From assembly GCA_963771175.1 (NCBI GenBank), contig CAVYSY010000005.1, positions 10,535 to 74,534 of the forward strand: 64,000 bases of DNA, in the 5' to 3' direction. Positions 19,738 through 31,738 of this stretch are shown here, in pieces (position 1 is the stretch's first letter; each line of letters starts with the position of its first letter). The stretch is from an uncultured delta proteobacterium. Lineage in GTDB: Bacteria; Myxococcota; Myxococcia; Myxococcales; Myxococcaceae. Under the pieces are notes generated by a model. It made no database searches. It was not told where the DNA came from and saw nothing but the letters and a program-made list of their open reading frames with translations. A program made the position numbers and the translations under genes.

Positions 19738-20763
19738 ATGAGGTCTTGGCTGGAGTCGAAGAGGGGGCAGGGCAGGTTGCTGGGCACGGTGCTGCTCGCG
19801 GCGGCACTGGGCACCGGCTGTGGCGGCGCGTCGAGCGAGGAGGAGACGCCCGCCGCCCAGGCGAGCGAGGCCCTGGGCACGGCGAGCGATTCCGCCCACT
19901 CGATGGAGCTGGAGCGGCTCATCGCGGGGCTGGACGGAGACCTGAAGCGGGAGCAGCACGAGGCCTTCCGGTGCGACCCCGAGCCGGAGGTCACCGAGGT
20001 GCAGGTGTGCGACAAGACGGTGCCCTCGCGAATGCGCTTCGAGTGGACGGAGTGCAGCCGCGCGCCGTTCCAGCGCCCTCCTCCCGAGGCGGGCCAGACG
20101 CAGGATGGACAGTGGATGCCGCGGGGCGGTGGACTGCCTCCGCCGGGGGATGCGGCTCCCACGAGCTCCAGCGGCACGGTGGAGCTCGTCAACGACGTCA
20201 TCGTGACGCCGGAGGGCACCTGCGGTCCGGAGACGCGCCTCGACAGCCTGCAGAGCGCGACCTTCTCCACCACGCACACCAGGCCGGACGGGAGTGTCGT
20301 GACCTTCCAGGGGACGGCCACCTCGAGCGGGAACCGCCTGGTCAGCGAGACGAGCTTCACCCGCACCGGCACGGTCGACACCACGCGCGAGGTCCGGGAC
20401 GCGGAGGGGCAGGTGGTGCGGAGCCTTCACCTCTCTGGCACGCTCTCCGTCGCCTTCGACGGCTCCGGCGAGGAGCCGGTCCGCATCCTGAGCGGCAAGT
20501 TCGACGCGGCGCTCGCGGATGGCACCACCTCGGTTATCACCGTGGAGGAGCTGCGCCGGACGCGGGGCTGCCGCTGGCCGATCGCCGGCACGGTGGTCCA
20601 GACCCAGGCGGATGGCACCGAGCACGTGTTGGGCTTCGGCCCCGAGTGCGGCTCGGCCACGCTCGATGGCGAGGCGTACGAGCTGCGGGGTGGCCATCAC
20701 GGGCGGGAGGGGCGTGACGGAGGCCGTCTGGGCGGCCCCGGTCCCTTCATCGGCTCCCGCTGA
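19738..20763 (+). CDS. Hypothetical lipoprotein, Thr-rich and predicted beta-rich
   Basis: LLAAALGTGC lipobox; Cys pairs; CRWPIAGTV. Confidence 0.75.
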   Translation: MRSWLESKRGQGRLLGTVLLAAALGTGCGGASSEEETPAAQASEALGTASDSAHSMELERLIAGLDGDLKREQHEAFRCDPEPEVTEVQVCDKTVPSRMRFEWTECSRAPFQRPPPEAGQTQDGQWMPRGGGLPPPGDAAPTSSSGTVELVNDVIVTPEGTCGPETRLDSLQSATFSTTHTRPDGSVVTFQGTATSSGNRLVSETSFTRTGTVDTTREVRDAEGQVVRSLHLSGTLSVAFDGSGEEPVRILSGKFDAALADGTTSVITVEELRRTRGCRWPIAGTVVQTQADGTEHVLGFGPECGSATLDGEAYELRGGHHGREGRDGGRLGGPGPFIGSR

Positions 20764-20923
20764 ACCTTCACCCCTCGCGCGGTCTCGAGCGTCCACCCAA
20801 GGACGGGCCCACCAGGCAGGCAGGCGTCCGGCAGCGGCGGATGTGTGACATCCGGACGCTCTCGGGATGCAAACGCGCCGCATCATGCGCATCCCACCTC
20901 CGCGTATCAGGAGGTGGGGTGGC

Positions 20924-22147
20924 GTGAGCGAGCGCACGAGGTGCCAGGGAGCGGGGAGACGTGTGGCCTCGTACGGAGGAGGCGCGTGCGGGCTCCTCGT
21001 GCTGCTGGGCCTGGTGGTGCTCGTGGGGTGCAAGCGAGGCGGGTCGGCGCCCCAGCCCCAGGAGCAGGCACCGGTGGAGCTCGGGCCGGAGGACGTGGTG
21101 CGCGTGGAGCCGCGCGAGCTGCGGAGCGGGCCCGTCCTCTCCGGCACGCTCCAGGCCCGGCGCGCCGCCACCATGCGGGCCGAGGTCCAGGGCGCCGTGC
21201 TGGAGATGGCCGTCGAGCAGGGCCAGCGGGTGAAGAAGGGCCAGCCCCTCGCGCGCATCGAGGCGCTCGCGCTGGAGGACCAGTACCTCGCCGCGCGCAC
21301 GGCGGTGCAGGTGGCGCGCAACGGCGTGGAGGTGGCCCGTGTCGAGGAGGCGCGCAACCGCAAGCTGGTCGACGCGGGCGTCATCACCCGGCGCGACTAT
21401 GAGCGGGCGGAGCTCGCGCGCCGGCAGGCCGAGGCGCAGCTCTCCGAGGCCAGGGCCCGCATGGCGCTCTCGCGCAGATCAGGTGGACCGCACCCGCATC
21501 CGCGCCCCCTTCGACGGGGTGGTGAGCGAGCGCCACGCCAGCGCGGGTGACATCGTCCAGCCGGGCGCGCCGCTCTACACCGTCATCGACCCCACCAGTC
21601 TGCGGCTGGAGGCCTCGGTGCCGGCCTCGCAGCTCGAGACGCTGAAGCCCGGGGCCCGCGTGGACTTCTCCGTCAGCGGCTATGGAGACCGCACCTTCCA
21701 GGGCCGCATCGAGCGCATCAATCCCGCGGTGGACCCGGCCACCGGCCAGGTGCGCCTCTACGTCGCCCTCCCCAACACCGAGCAGTCGCTGCTCACCGGG
21801 CTCTTCGCGGAGGGCCGGGTGGCGGCGCTCCGGCGCGAGGTGCCCGCGGTGCCCGTGTCCGCGGTGGACACGCGCGCCGAGCCTCCCGCGGTGCTGCGGG
21901 TGAAGGACGGCCGGGTGGAGCGCGTGGGCGTGACGCTGGGCCTGACGGACGACATCGCCCAGTGGGTGGAGCTGCGCTCCGGCGTACAGCCCGGGGACGT
22001 GGTGCTGAGGGGCTCGGCGCGGGACCTGGCCGAGGGCACCCGCGTGGAGCTGCGGCTGCCCGAGCAGCCCAGGAGCCGGAGCCGGGCGTGGGCGGTGCCG
22101 GCACTCCGCCGGTCCCGGAGCAGCCCCAGGAGTCCGAGCCCCACTGA
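20924..22147 (+). CDS. RND efflux periplasmic adaptor (frameshifted)
   Basis: AGGAGG upstream of GTG 20924; LVGC lipobox; GQRVKKGQPL, IRAPFDGVV, INPAVDPATG; frame changes near 21475 and 22070. Confidence 0.85.
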
Positions 22148-22181
22148 GTCCCGCGCCCACCTTCATCGAGGGAGAGCTCCC

Positions 22182-25100
22182 GTGTTCATCTCCGACTTCG
22201 CCATCAAGAAGCCCATCGTCACCATCACCGCCATGTTGGCGCTGGTGGTGTTCGGCCTGGTGGCGCTCGCTGGTGCTGCAGACGGACGAGTTCCCGGACA
22301 TCCAGCAGCCCATCATCAACGTCACCATCGCCTACCCGGGCGCCTCGCCGGAGGTGGTCGAGCGCGAGGTGGTGGAGCCCGTCGAGGACGCCCTCTTCAG
22401 CATCAGCGGGGTGGACGCCGCGAAGTCCACCTCCAGCGCCACGGACGGCCTCGCGCAGTTCACCGTCTTCTTCGACTACGAGAAGGACCTGCAGCAGGCG
22501 TCCCAGGACGTGCGCGACGCCATCTCCAGCAAGCGCAACGACCTGCCGCTGGAGATGGAGGAGCCCGTCCTCACGCGCTTCGATCCGGCGGACCTGCCCA
22601 TCATCTCGCTGGCCATCACCTCGGAGACGCTGCCGGCCACGGCGCTCACCCGGCTGGTGGACCCGGGCATCGTGGGCGAGCTGCGCTCCATTCCGGGCGT
22701 GGCCCAGGCCTCGGTGGTGGGCGGCATCGAGCGGGAGATGACGGTGTTCAGGTGCGCCCGGTGGCGCTGCAGGCCGCGGGGCTGAGCATCGCGCAGGTGG
22801 TGCAGGCGCTGCAGGCGCAGAACCTCGCGGCGCCGGTGGGCCGGCTGGACGGGCCGCTGGAGGAGACGCACCATCCGCCTCAAGGGCCGGCTGGAGACGC
22901 CCGAGGACTTCGCGCGCGTCGTCATCGCCGAGCGCGGCGGCCGTCCCATCCGCCTCGGCGCAGGTGGCCCAGGTGTTCGACGGCACCGAGGAGCCGCGCA
23001 CCCTGGCGCTCTACAACGGCGGCGAGGCGGTGGGCATCGACATCCTCAAGGCCAAGGGCTACAGCACCACCGAGGTGGCCGACGCCGTCCGCGAGCGCGT
23101 CGCCGAGCTCCAGCAGCACGCTGCCCGCGGGCGTGAAGCTGGAGATGGTGCGCGACGCGGGCGTGCGGGTGGAGCGAGGCGGTGGAGAACGTGCAGGGCG
23201 CGCTGCTGGAGGGCGCGCTGCTCACCGTGCTGGTGGTGTTCCTCTTCCTCAACTCGTGGCGCTCCACGGTGATCACGGGCCTGGCGCTGCCGGTGAGCGT
23301 GCTGGCCTCCTTCATCAGCGTGTGGGCGTTCGGCTTCACGCTCAACACCATGTCGCTGCTGGGCCTCGTCGCTGGCCATCGGCATCCTCATCGACGACGC
23401 CATCGTGGTGCGCGAGAACATCGTGCGCCACATCGAGCTGGGGAAGGACCACTACACGGCCTCGCGCGAGGGCACGAGCGAGATTGGCCTCGCGGTGGCG
23501 GCGACGACGTTCTCCATCGTGGCGGTGTTCGTCCCGGTGGCCTTCATGTACGGGGTGGCCGGGCAGTGGTTCAAGCCCTTCGCCCTCACCATCGCGTGCT
23601 CGGTGCTGGTGTCGCTCTTCGTGAGCTTCTCGCTGGACCCGATGCTCTCGGCGTACTGGCCGGACCCGGCGGTGGAGCAGGGGGCGCGCAAGGGCCCCAT
23701 CTCGCGGGTGCTCGTCGCGCTTCAACCACTGGTTCGACCGGCAGGCGGACCACTACAAGCGCGTCATCGCCTGGGCGCTGGACCACCGGCTGGCCATGGT
23801 GCTGTTGGCGGTGGGCTCGCTGGTGGGCGCGCTGGTGCTCCAGGCCACCCTGGGCGGGGCGGGCTTCGTCCCGGTGAGCGACCGCGCGGAGATTGAGATG
23901 CTGGTGGAGACGCCCGCCGGGCTCCAGCCTCGACTACACGCGGCGCAAGGTACGCGAGGTGTCCCGCCTCGCGCGCGAGCCACCCGGAGGTGGCGTACAC
24001 CTTCACCACCATCGGCACGCCGCTGCCGCTGCGCTCGCCGGGCGTGGACCAGGCGCTGGTGTACGTGCGGCTCGACGCCCAAGGCGAGCGCGAGCTGAGC
24101 CAGGAGGAGCTCGGCGTCATCCTGCGACAGGGAGATGGCGCGCGTGGCCGGGGCGAGGGTGTCCGTCTTCACCAGCGGCTTCGGCGGAGCCTTCAAGGCG
24201 ATTCAGTTGGAGCTGCGCGGGCCGGACGCGCGGGAGCTGTCGCGGCTGGCCGAGCAGGTGCGCCGCGAGGTGGAGCAGGTGCCGGGCGCGGTGGACGTGG
24301 GCCTGTCCACGCGCGGGCAGAAGCCGGAGGTGGAGGTGGAGGTGGACCGCGGCGTGGCGGGCCGGCTCGACGTGACGGTGGGCCAGGTGGCGCAGGCGCT
24401 GCGCGCGGCCTTCGCGGGAGTGGACTCGGGAGACTGGGTGGACCCCTCGGGCGAGACGCGCGACGTGGTGGTGCGGCTGGTCCCCGAATCCGCGCATGCG
24501 CCCGAGTGACCTGGTGCAGACTCCCCCTGGTGGCGGGCGCGGGGCCGGACGGCACGCCGGCGCTGGTGCCCCTGGGGCAGGTGGCGCGCATCCGCGAGAC
24601 GGTGGGGCCCGCTCAAATCAACCACCTCAACCGCGAGAGGGTCATCAACGTGCAGGCCAACGTGCAGGGGCGCTCGCTGTCGGAGGTGATGACGGACATC
24701 CGGGCGCGGATGGCGCAGGTGCGGCTGCCGCCGGGCTACGAGCTGAGCGAGGGCGGCGAGGCTCGCGACCAGGCCGAGGTGTTCGGCCGCGTCTTCCTCG
24801 CGCTCGCGGTGGCGGTGCTGCTGATGTACCTCATCCTGGTCATCCAGTTCGGCTCGTTCCTGGACCCGGTGGCCATCCTCGTCTCGCTGCCGCTGTCGCT
24901 CATCGGCGTGGTGCTGGCGCTGCTGGTGACGGGGGACACGCTCAACATCATGAGCCTCATCGGCGTCATCCTGCTGATGGGGATTGTCGCCAAGAACGCC
25001 ATCCTGCTCATCGACTTCGCCAAGTGGGCGCATACGCGGGGCAAGCCGATGCGGGAGGCGCTCATCGAGGCGGGGCGCATCCGCCTGCGGCCCATCATGA

Positions 25101-25360
25101 TGACGACGTTCGCCCTCATCGCCGGCATGGTGCCGGTGGCGCTGGGGTTGGGAGAGGGCGGCGACTTCCGGGCGCCGCTGGGACGGGCCGTCATCGGCGG
25201 CGTCATCACCTCCACGCTGCTGACGCTGCTGGTGATTCCGACGGTGTACGAAATCCTCCACGACGGGCGCACCTGGGCGATGGGCAGGCTGCGGCGCACC
25301 CTGGGGCCCGGGGAGCACAAGCCGGTGCCTGGTCCGCCCCAGGCTCGGCCGGGGGCGTGA
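22182..25360 (+). CDS. RND efflux permease (AcrB/AcrD/AcrF family; many frameshifts)
   Basis: [64 protein letters not shown] spread over several frames. Confidence 0.9.
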
Positions 25361-25370
25361 GGCGAGCGCC

Positions 25371-27616
25371 ATGGAGGTGACGGGCTGAGGAGGGTCTCCG
25401 CAGTCCAGGGCGGCGCCGTCGTGCTGGTGGGGCTGGTGGTCCTGGTCGCGTGGGTGCTCGACATCTCCAGCATCAAGGGGCTGCGGGCGGGCCTGCCCAC
25501 GATGAAGGCCAACACGGCCCTGTGCTTCATCCTCTCCGGGGCCGCGCTCCTGCTGGCGAGCCTTCCCCGGCAGAGCGCCTTCGTGCGGCACGCCACACGG
25601 GCCGGCGCGGGGTTCGTCGGTCTCATCGCGGGCCTGTCGTTTGCCCAGTACCTCTTCGACGTGAACCTGGGCCTCGATGAGCTCCTCGTGACGGACAAGG
25701 CCCGCGGCGTGGAGCTCGGTCACCCGGGGCGGATGGCCCCCAACACGGCCCTCTGCTTCGTCCTGCTCGGGGGGGCGCTCCTCTTCCTCGATGTGCGGAC
25801 GCGGTGGGGGGGCTGGCCCTCGCAGTGGCTCGCGGCCCTCGCCGGAGTCATCGCGCTGGTGGCCTTCGTGGGCTACCTCTACGGGCAGCAGGAGTTCACC
25901 GGCATCTCCCGCTACGCGCAGATGGCGCTCCACACCACGGTGTGCTTCCTGCTGCTCTCCACCGGTGTCTTCACCGTCCGCCCGGAGCGCGGCTTCATGA
26001 AGGTCGTCACCTACTCGGGCGTGGGAGGCGTGCTCGCGCGCTGGCTGCTGCCGCCGGCGCTTGTCCTCCCCATCCTCCTGGGCGGGCTGGTGCTGTGGGG
26101 CCACCGGGTGGAGGCCTTCGCCTTGCCCTTCGCGGTGGCGCTCATCGCCACGGGCAACGTCGTCGCCTTCGCCGCGCTGGTGTGGGGGGCCGCGTTCGCT
26201 TTGGACCGGGTGGAGGCCCGGCGCCTGCGGGGCGAGGAGGAGCGGATGCGGCTGGTGGCCCGGGAGCAGGCCGCGCGCGCCGAGGCCGCCGCCCAGATGC
26301 GCGAGCGCTCCCGGGCCGAGGCCGCCGAGCAGGAGGCCAGCACGCTCGCCGCGGCCCAGCGCTTCCTCTCGGAGGCGGGCGTCTCCATGTCGGCCTCGCT
26401 CGACGAGGCGGAGACGCTCTCCACCCTCACCTGGCTCGCGGTGCCCCGGCTCGGCGACTGGTGCGTGGTGGACCTGCTGGAGCCAGAGGGAGCCACGCGG
26501 CAGGTGGCGGCCACCCACGTGGACTCGGCCCGGGCCGCGCACCTGGCGGAGCTCGCGGAACGGCGCCCGACGGAGCCGGCGGAGTCCGGCACCCTGGCGC
26601 ACGTGCTGCGCACGGGTCAGCCCCTGCTGCTTCCGGACCTGGACGGCCCCCGGCGGCTCGCGGACGTGCTGGGCGTGCAGCGGGTGGAGCCGTTGCATGT
26701 GCTCGGGGTGCGCTCGGCCATGGTGGTCCCGCTCCTGGTGCACGGCGAGCCGTTCGGCGCCATCACCTTCGTGTCGTCGCGCACCGAGCGGCGCTTCACC
26801 GAGGCGGACCTCTCCCTGGCCGAGGAGTTCGGCCGGCGCGCGGCGGTGGCGGTGGAGAACTCCCGGCTCTTCCTCGAGGCCCAGCATGCGGTCCGCACCC
26901 GCGAGGAGGTGCTGGCCGTGGTGAGCCACGACTTGAAGAACCCGCTGGGCAGCATCGCGCTGAGCGTCCAGCTCCTGCGCCGGCTCCTCCCCGAGGGCGA
27001 GGTGGGCGAGCGGATGCGCAAACACACCCACACCATCGAGCGCTCGGTGGAGCGGATGGAGCGGCTCATCCGCGACCTGCTCGACATGGCGAGCCTCCAG
27101 GCCGGCCGGTTGACGCTGGACCTGAGGCGCTACGCGGCGGACGACCTGGTGCGCGAGGGGCTGGCGCTGCTCGAGCCGCTGGCCATCCAGAAGCGGATTG
27201 AATTGCGGACGCGACTGCCCCGGGAGCGGAGCTGGGTGCGCTGCGACCGGGAGCGCTTCTTCCAGGTGCTGACCAACCTGGTGGGCAACGCCCTCAAGTT
27301 CACTCCCGAGGACGGGAGCGTGACGGTGGAGGTGGAGCCCCAGGGGGACTTCGTGCGCTTCTCCGTGCGCGACACCGGCCCGGGCATCTCCGCCGAGGCA
27401 CTGCCCCACCTCTTCGAGCCCTTCTGGCAGGCCAAGGGGGCGGCGAGGCAGGGGACGGGGCTGGGCCTCTCCATCAGCCGGGGCCTCGTGGGGGCCCACG
27501 GTGGCTGGCTGGAAGTGGAGAGCGAGCAGGGGCGGGGGAGCACCTTCTCCTTCACCCTGCCCCGGGCCTCCCTGACGGCCGAGCGGGAGCGGGCCCCGGG
27601 GCCCACGGTCCACTGA
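25371..27616 (+). CDS. Multi-TM sensor histidine kinase with GAF domain
   Basis: [18 protein letters not shown] membrane repeats, GAF ([12 protein letters not shown]), [28 protein letters not shown]; 5' end probably frameshifted (intact ORF from 25421). Confidence 0.88.
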
Positions 27617-27720
27617 ACAGACGGGCAAGCATCCTCTTCGAACACTCCTGGCGTGTGTGCCACACTGCCTCGCGTTCCGCGCCGCGCGGGCGGGGGACGA
27701 AGCCACTTCGGAGCACTTCG

Positions 27721-28860
27721 ATGACGGACGAGCGCTGGACGAACGAATTCCTGGATGCCATGCGCGAGCAGTGCGACCCGCCGGCCGACGAGGCGGTGCG
27801 GAGCCTCTTCGCGCAAGGGATGGTGGGCTCGGCCAATGAGCTGATGAAGCAACTGGTGGCCAAGGAGCGGGTGCACGCGGAGGAGCTCCCCGAGCCGCTG
27901 CGCGGCTACTTCGAGCAGAGTGCCCGGCTGCCCTCGTGGGCGGACAAGGAGCTCATCCGCGAGGGGCAGGCGGTGTTCAGCCGCTGCGGCCCGCTGTCGG
28001 TGGTGGCGCTGGTGTGCGCGGGGCTGCCCACCTGCTACGCGGGGGCCCAGGGGGTGCAGGTGCTCCACCTCACCGCCCGGCTGCAGACGGACACCCGGCG
28101 CCGCATCGTGGAGACGGCGCAGATGGTGGTGGACGTGATGGGCCCGGGCGGGCTCGAGGACGACGGCTGGGGCATCCGGGACGCGCAGAAGGTGCGCCTG
28201 ATGCACGCCGCCGTGCGCCACCTCATCCGGCAGAGCGGCCGATGGAACCCCGAGTGGGGCCAGCCCGTCAACCAGGAGGACATGGCCGGCACGCTGGTGT
28301 CGTTCTCGGTGGTGACCATCCGCGCGCTGATGAAGCTGGGCTACACCCTCTCCGCGCGCGAGGCGCAGGCCTACTACCATGCGTGGCGGGTGGTGGGTTA
28401 CATCATGGGCGTGGACGAGCGCCTGCTGCCGGAGTCCTTCGAGGACGGCGAGCGCCTCACGGACCGCATCTTCGGGCGCGTGTTCCGCACCAGCGAAGAG
28501 GGCAAGGCGATGACGCGCGCCCTCGTCGAGCTGCTGGAGCACATCGTCCCCGGCGACCTCTTCGATGGCATGTGCGCCACGCTCATCCGCCACCTGGTGG
28601 GGGACTCGACGGCGGACCTCATCGCCGTGCCGCCCTCGGACTGGACGCGCCACCTGGTGAAGCCGCTGAAGCTGCTGGGCTGGGTGATGGACGAGACGGA
28701 CGAGCAGAGCCGGGTGAACGCGAAGCTCGCCGAGCTGTTCGGCCGCAAGCTGCTGGAGGGCATCGTCTGGGTGAGCCGCGGCACCGAGCGCCCGCCCTTC
28801 CGCATCCCCTCCGAATTGGGCGAGTCCTGGAAGGTGCGCAGCCGCGAGCAGCAGCTCTGA
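27721..28860 (+). CDS. Oxygenase MpaB/DUF2236 family (latex-clearing-protein-like)
   Basis: [47 protein letters not shown]. Confidence 0.82.
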   Translation: MTDERWTNEFLDAMREQCDPPADEAVRSLFAQGMVGSANELMKQLVAKERVHAEELPEPLRGYFEQSARLPSWADKELIREGQAVFSRCGPLSVVALVCAGLPTCYAGAQGVQVLHLTARLQTDTRRRIVETAQMVVDVMGPGGLEDDGWGIRDAQKVRLMHAAVRHLIRQSGRWNPEWGQPVNQEDMAGTLVSFSVVTIRALMKLGYTLSAREAQAYYHAWRVVGYIMGVDERLLPESFEDGERLTDRIFGRVFRTSEEGKAMTRALVELLEHIVPGDLFDGMCATLIRHLVGDSTADLIAVPPSDWTRHLVKPLKLLGWVMDETDEQSRVNAKLAELFGRKLLEGIVWVSRGTERPPFRIPSELGESWKVRSREQQL

Positions 28861-28899
28861 GGTGGCCCGGGCCCGTTGGGGGCCGGCCTGCCCGGCCCC

Positions 28900-29556
28900 T
28901 TACGCCTGGGTGCCCATCACCTTGGCGGCCCAGCGGCGCGTCGAATCGTCCCCGTTCTTCATCAACGAGTCGAAGCTCCCGGCGCGCATCAGTTCCACCA
29001 GCCGTTCGTCCCGTGCGAGGATTTCAGTTGCATGCCAGGGGAAGAGGAGGTCCGTTTCCCCCGATTCTTGGTAGCGCGAGTCGGCGACCAGGGCTTCCAG
29101 ATACCGGGAGTAGCTGTCGAAGAACCGGTCCACGTTAGATGCGATGGGCATGATGTCGGGCGCGTACTCGTAGGTGTCGATGCGCACCACGGGTTGTCTT
29201 CCCCGGTCATCCGCGAGCCGGGGCACGGTGGCATAGGTGTAGATGTCGCCGCCGAAAACAATCACCGGCTCTCCCAGTTGATCCCAGTAGTTGTTCCTCC
29301 ACCACTTATTGGTTTCCTCTAGCCTATGCTCCTGATCATCGTGGCGGGTGAGCCCCCACCCCATGGCTTTGTCAGCGAAAGCCGCGTATCCCAGGCGCGC
29401 ATAGACGCTTGTTAGGACCGGGTCGAAGGGGACGCCCTCTAGCAACCCCTCGGCCCTTAGTGGCTTACGGGCGGGCGGTGACGTCTCCAGCCCGAGATTC
29501 AATTGCTTGCATATGCTCATCAGTCGCTCCAGCCCGGGCAGTGACATTGTCTCCAT
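28900..29556 (-). CDS. Putative immunity protein (SMI1/KNR4-SUKH-like)
   Basis: 13 bp downstream of the toxin stop; lower GC; QPVVRID...PIASNVDRFFDSY motif. Confidence 0.65.
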   Translation of the reverse strand: METMSLPGLERLMSICKQLNLGLETSPPARKPLRAEGLLEGVPFDPVLTSVYARLGYAAFADKAMGWGLTRHDDQEHRLEETNKWWRNNYWDQLGEPVIVFGGDIYTYATVPRLADDRGRQPVVRIDTYEYAPDIMPIASNVDRFFDSYSRYLEALVADSRYQESGETDLLFPWHATEILARDERLVELMRAGSFDSLMKNGDDSTRRWAAKVMGTQA

Positions 29557-29569
29557 TGTTAATCCTCGT

Positions 29570-31451
29570 CTAGTCGAGACCAGGGAATTGAATCCGTAGT
29601 TCGCGCAACGCGGCTTCTCTGGCTTGGTCGGTGGTTTTCAGCAACCCTGGTGGAGTATCGACGCGGTGGTACCAGGGTTCGAATTGCCTATCAATGATTT
29701 CGGCCGCACGTCTTACGTCGTCCGCTGTCGGATTGGGCCGGGCGGTTCGAAATCTCTCCCACAAAAGATTGATGTCTTTGTGGGCGTACTTCCGCGTCAT
29801 CGCCAGGTTCTTCGCGGCGTTGATGTTGTCATCCGGAAAGAGGTGCGCGTACTGGAGCGGTCGCCGGTGGTGGATAGGAAGTTCCGCTCGTAGCTCATTC
29901 AAGCTCTTGGCGAATTGCGGATACAACTCGGCGTAATACGCACGAGCGTCCTTCCGAAGGGTATTTTTTAGCTCCGTATCCAACGGTTGCCTGATGGCCT
30001 GTTCGAGGCGGGCAAAGAGGCCCCGCAGCGTCTGTCGCTCGCCTTTGGTCAGGGCCTGCTCGCCTTCCAGTGCCAGTTTTCGCCAGAGTTGCCCGAAAGC
30101 CTCCTGTTCCTCCTTGGACAGGCGCTTGAGGGCGGTGCGCAACCAGCCGGCCACCGCTTCGGGCTCGCGGCTCAGCGCCCGCCCCACCCACTCAAGCCCC
30201 TCCGTGGCGAAGAAGCCCAGGCCCCTGGCGAGAATGCCTCCCGCCATCCAGAGGGCTGCCTCCTCCACGCCCCTCTCAGACAGCCAGGCCGAGCCCTCAA
30301 TCACGCCCTCGCGCCAGCGCAGCAGGGTGGCCTCGTGCATGGACAGGTACCAGCTCGGCCCGGGCTGCTGCGGCGGGCGCTCCACCCGGGCGGACTCCAC
30401 CCGGCCCCGTGCCTGAGCCTCTCCCGGCTGGTGCTCGGCCCCCAGCACCACCCGCACCGTGCGTGTCCCCAGCCCCTCGGTGAAGGGCAGCAGCACCTGC
30501 AACAGGTGCCCCGCCACCTCGGACGAGAGCGATTTCGAGCCGCCTCCCGGCCCCTCGCGCGTGCGCCGCACCTCGCGCAACTCCCACCCGGCGAGCCAGC
30601 CGTCCTCCAGTTGCACCGCGAGCTCCACCCGCGCCGCGCCCCCGGCTGGCACCTGCACGGCGCGCACCCACGCGCTGGCCGCCTCGTGGAAGGCGAGGAC
30701 GGTGTTGGCCGGCGTGCCCTGGGTGCGCACCGGCAGTGTCCGGGCCTCGGCGGGGCGGCCTCCCTGGCGGGTGGCGTCGTAGTCCACCGCCCAGCGCGCC
30801 TCCTCGCGCCGCAACCTCAGCACCACCTCGCCCGTCCGCCGGCCCGCGTAGTCGGCGAAGACACGGCGCAGCACCCGCGCCAGCCCCTCCGTTTCCACCG
30901 GCCGCCCCGCGCGCCCGCTCCCGCGCGCTTCCTCGTAGCCCACCGGCGTCAGCGCGCCCCCCTCCACCCAGAAGGCGAAGGCCAGCACCGCCCCCACCTC
31001 CTCCACCCCGCTGCACAGGCCCACCACCCGTGCCAGCGCCCTGTCCACCTCGGCTTCCCGTGCCGCCTCCGCGTCCCGCCCCTCCCGTTGGGCCGCCAGC
31101 ACCAGCGCCGCCGCTCTCTCCCGTTCCACCTGTCGCGCCCGCTCCTGGACTTGCTCGGGGCGCGTTCCTCCCTCTGGCCCATGCGCCAGCACCGTCACCG
31201 GCTCTTCCGCCGGGTGCGAGTCCCGCTCCGCCACTGCCTCCACTGCCGGAATCAAGAGGTTGCTCTCGCGGCGCCGCCTGGATGCTCGCGGGTGTCAGCC
31301 GTAAGGAGGCTGCGCCCCTCGCCATGCCATGCCCCCACGGCGTGCCCGTGGCGCAACCCAGCAGGAGGAGCAGCACCACCGGGGACACGGCGCTCAACCC
31401 CAGTGGCTGCCGCGCACCTGACGGGCGCGGGCCAGCACGACGGGTGGACAT
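29570..31451 (-). CDS. Lipoprotein polymorphic toxin (SitA-like) with C-terminal His-rich nuclease-like domain; one frameshift near 31255
   Basis: VVLLLLLGC lipobox in ORF 30297..31451, continuing into ORF 29570..31255; C-terminal IHHRRP...NL...AHKDIN..W..F...PNPT; GC drops over the C-terminal domain. Confidence 0.7.
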
Positions 31452-31738
31452 GCCGCACCTCCGAGCGGGCCGCGAGGCCTGGAAAGCGTGTCCTCGGGAT
31501 TACAGGGAGGCTCGGGCTGACCCGTCAACACCCTTGAGCGCGTGGACGGGCGCTCACGGGAACGTCACCCCGCTGGCGCTGAACGTCCGGCTCCCGCTCG
31601 CGTCCCACAGTTGGCCACGCACGCCGTCCTCGTCCATCAGTCCCTCGGCGCGCAGACCGATGAGGCTCCTCGGCCGGGGGTGGACTCCACCCAGAAGGCT
31701 GGGAGCGACTCGGGCGGCGTGCCATCTTACGCCACGCC

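Noticed and set aside
24203..27706. 1167-aa minus-strand ORF
   Set aside because: Antisense shadow of the RND permease and histidine kinase genes with no motifs of its own
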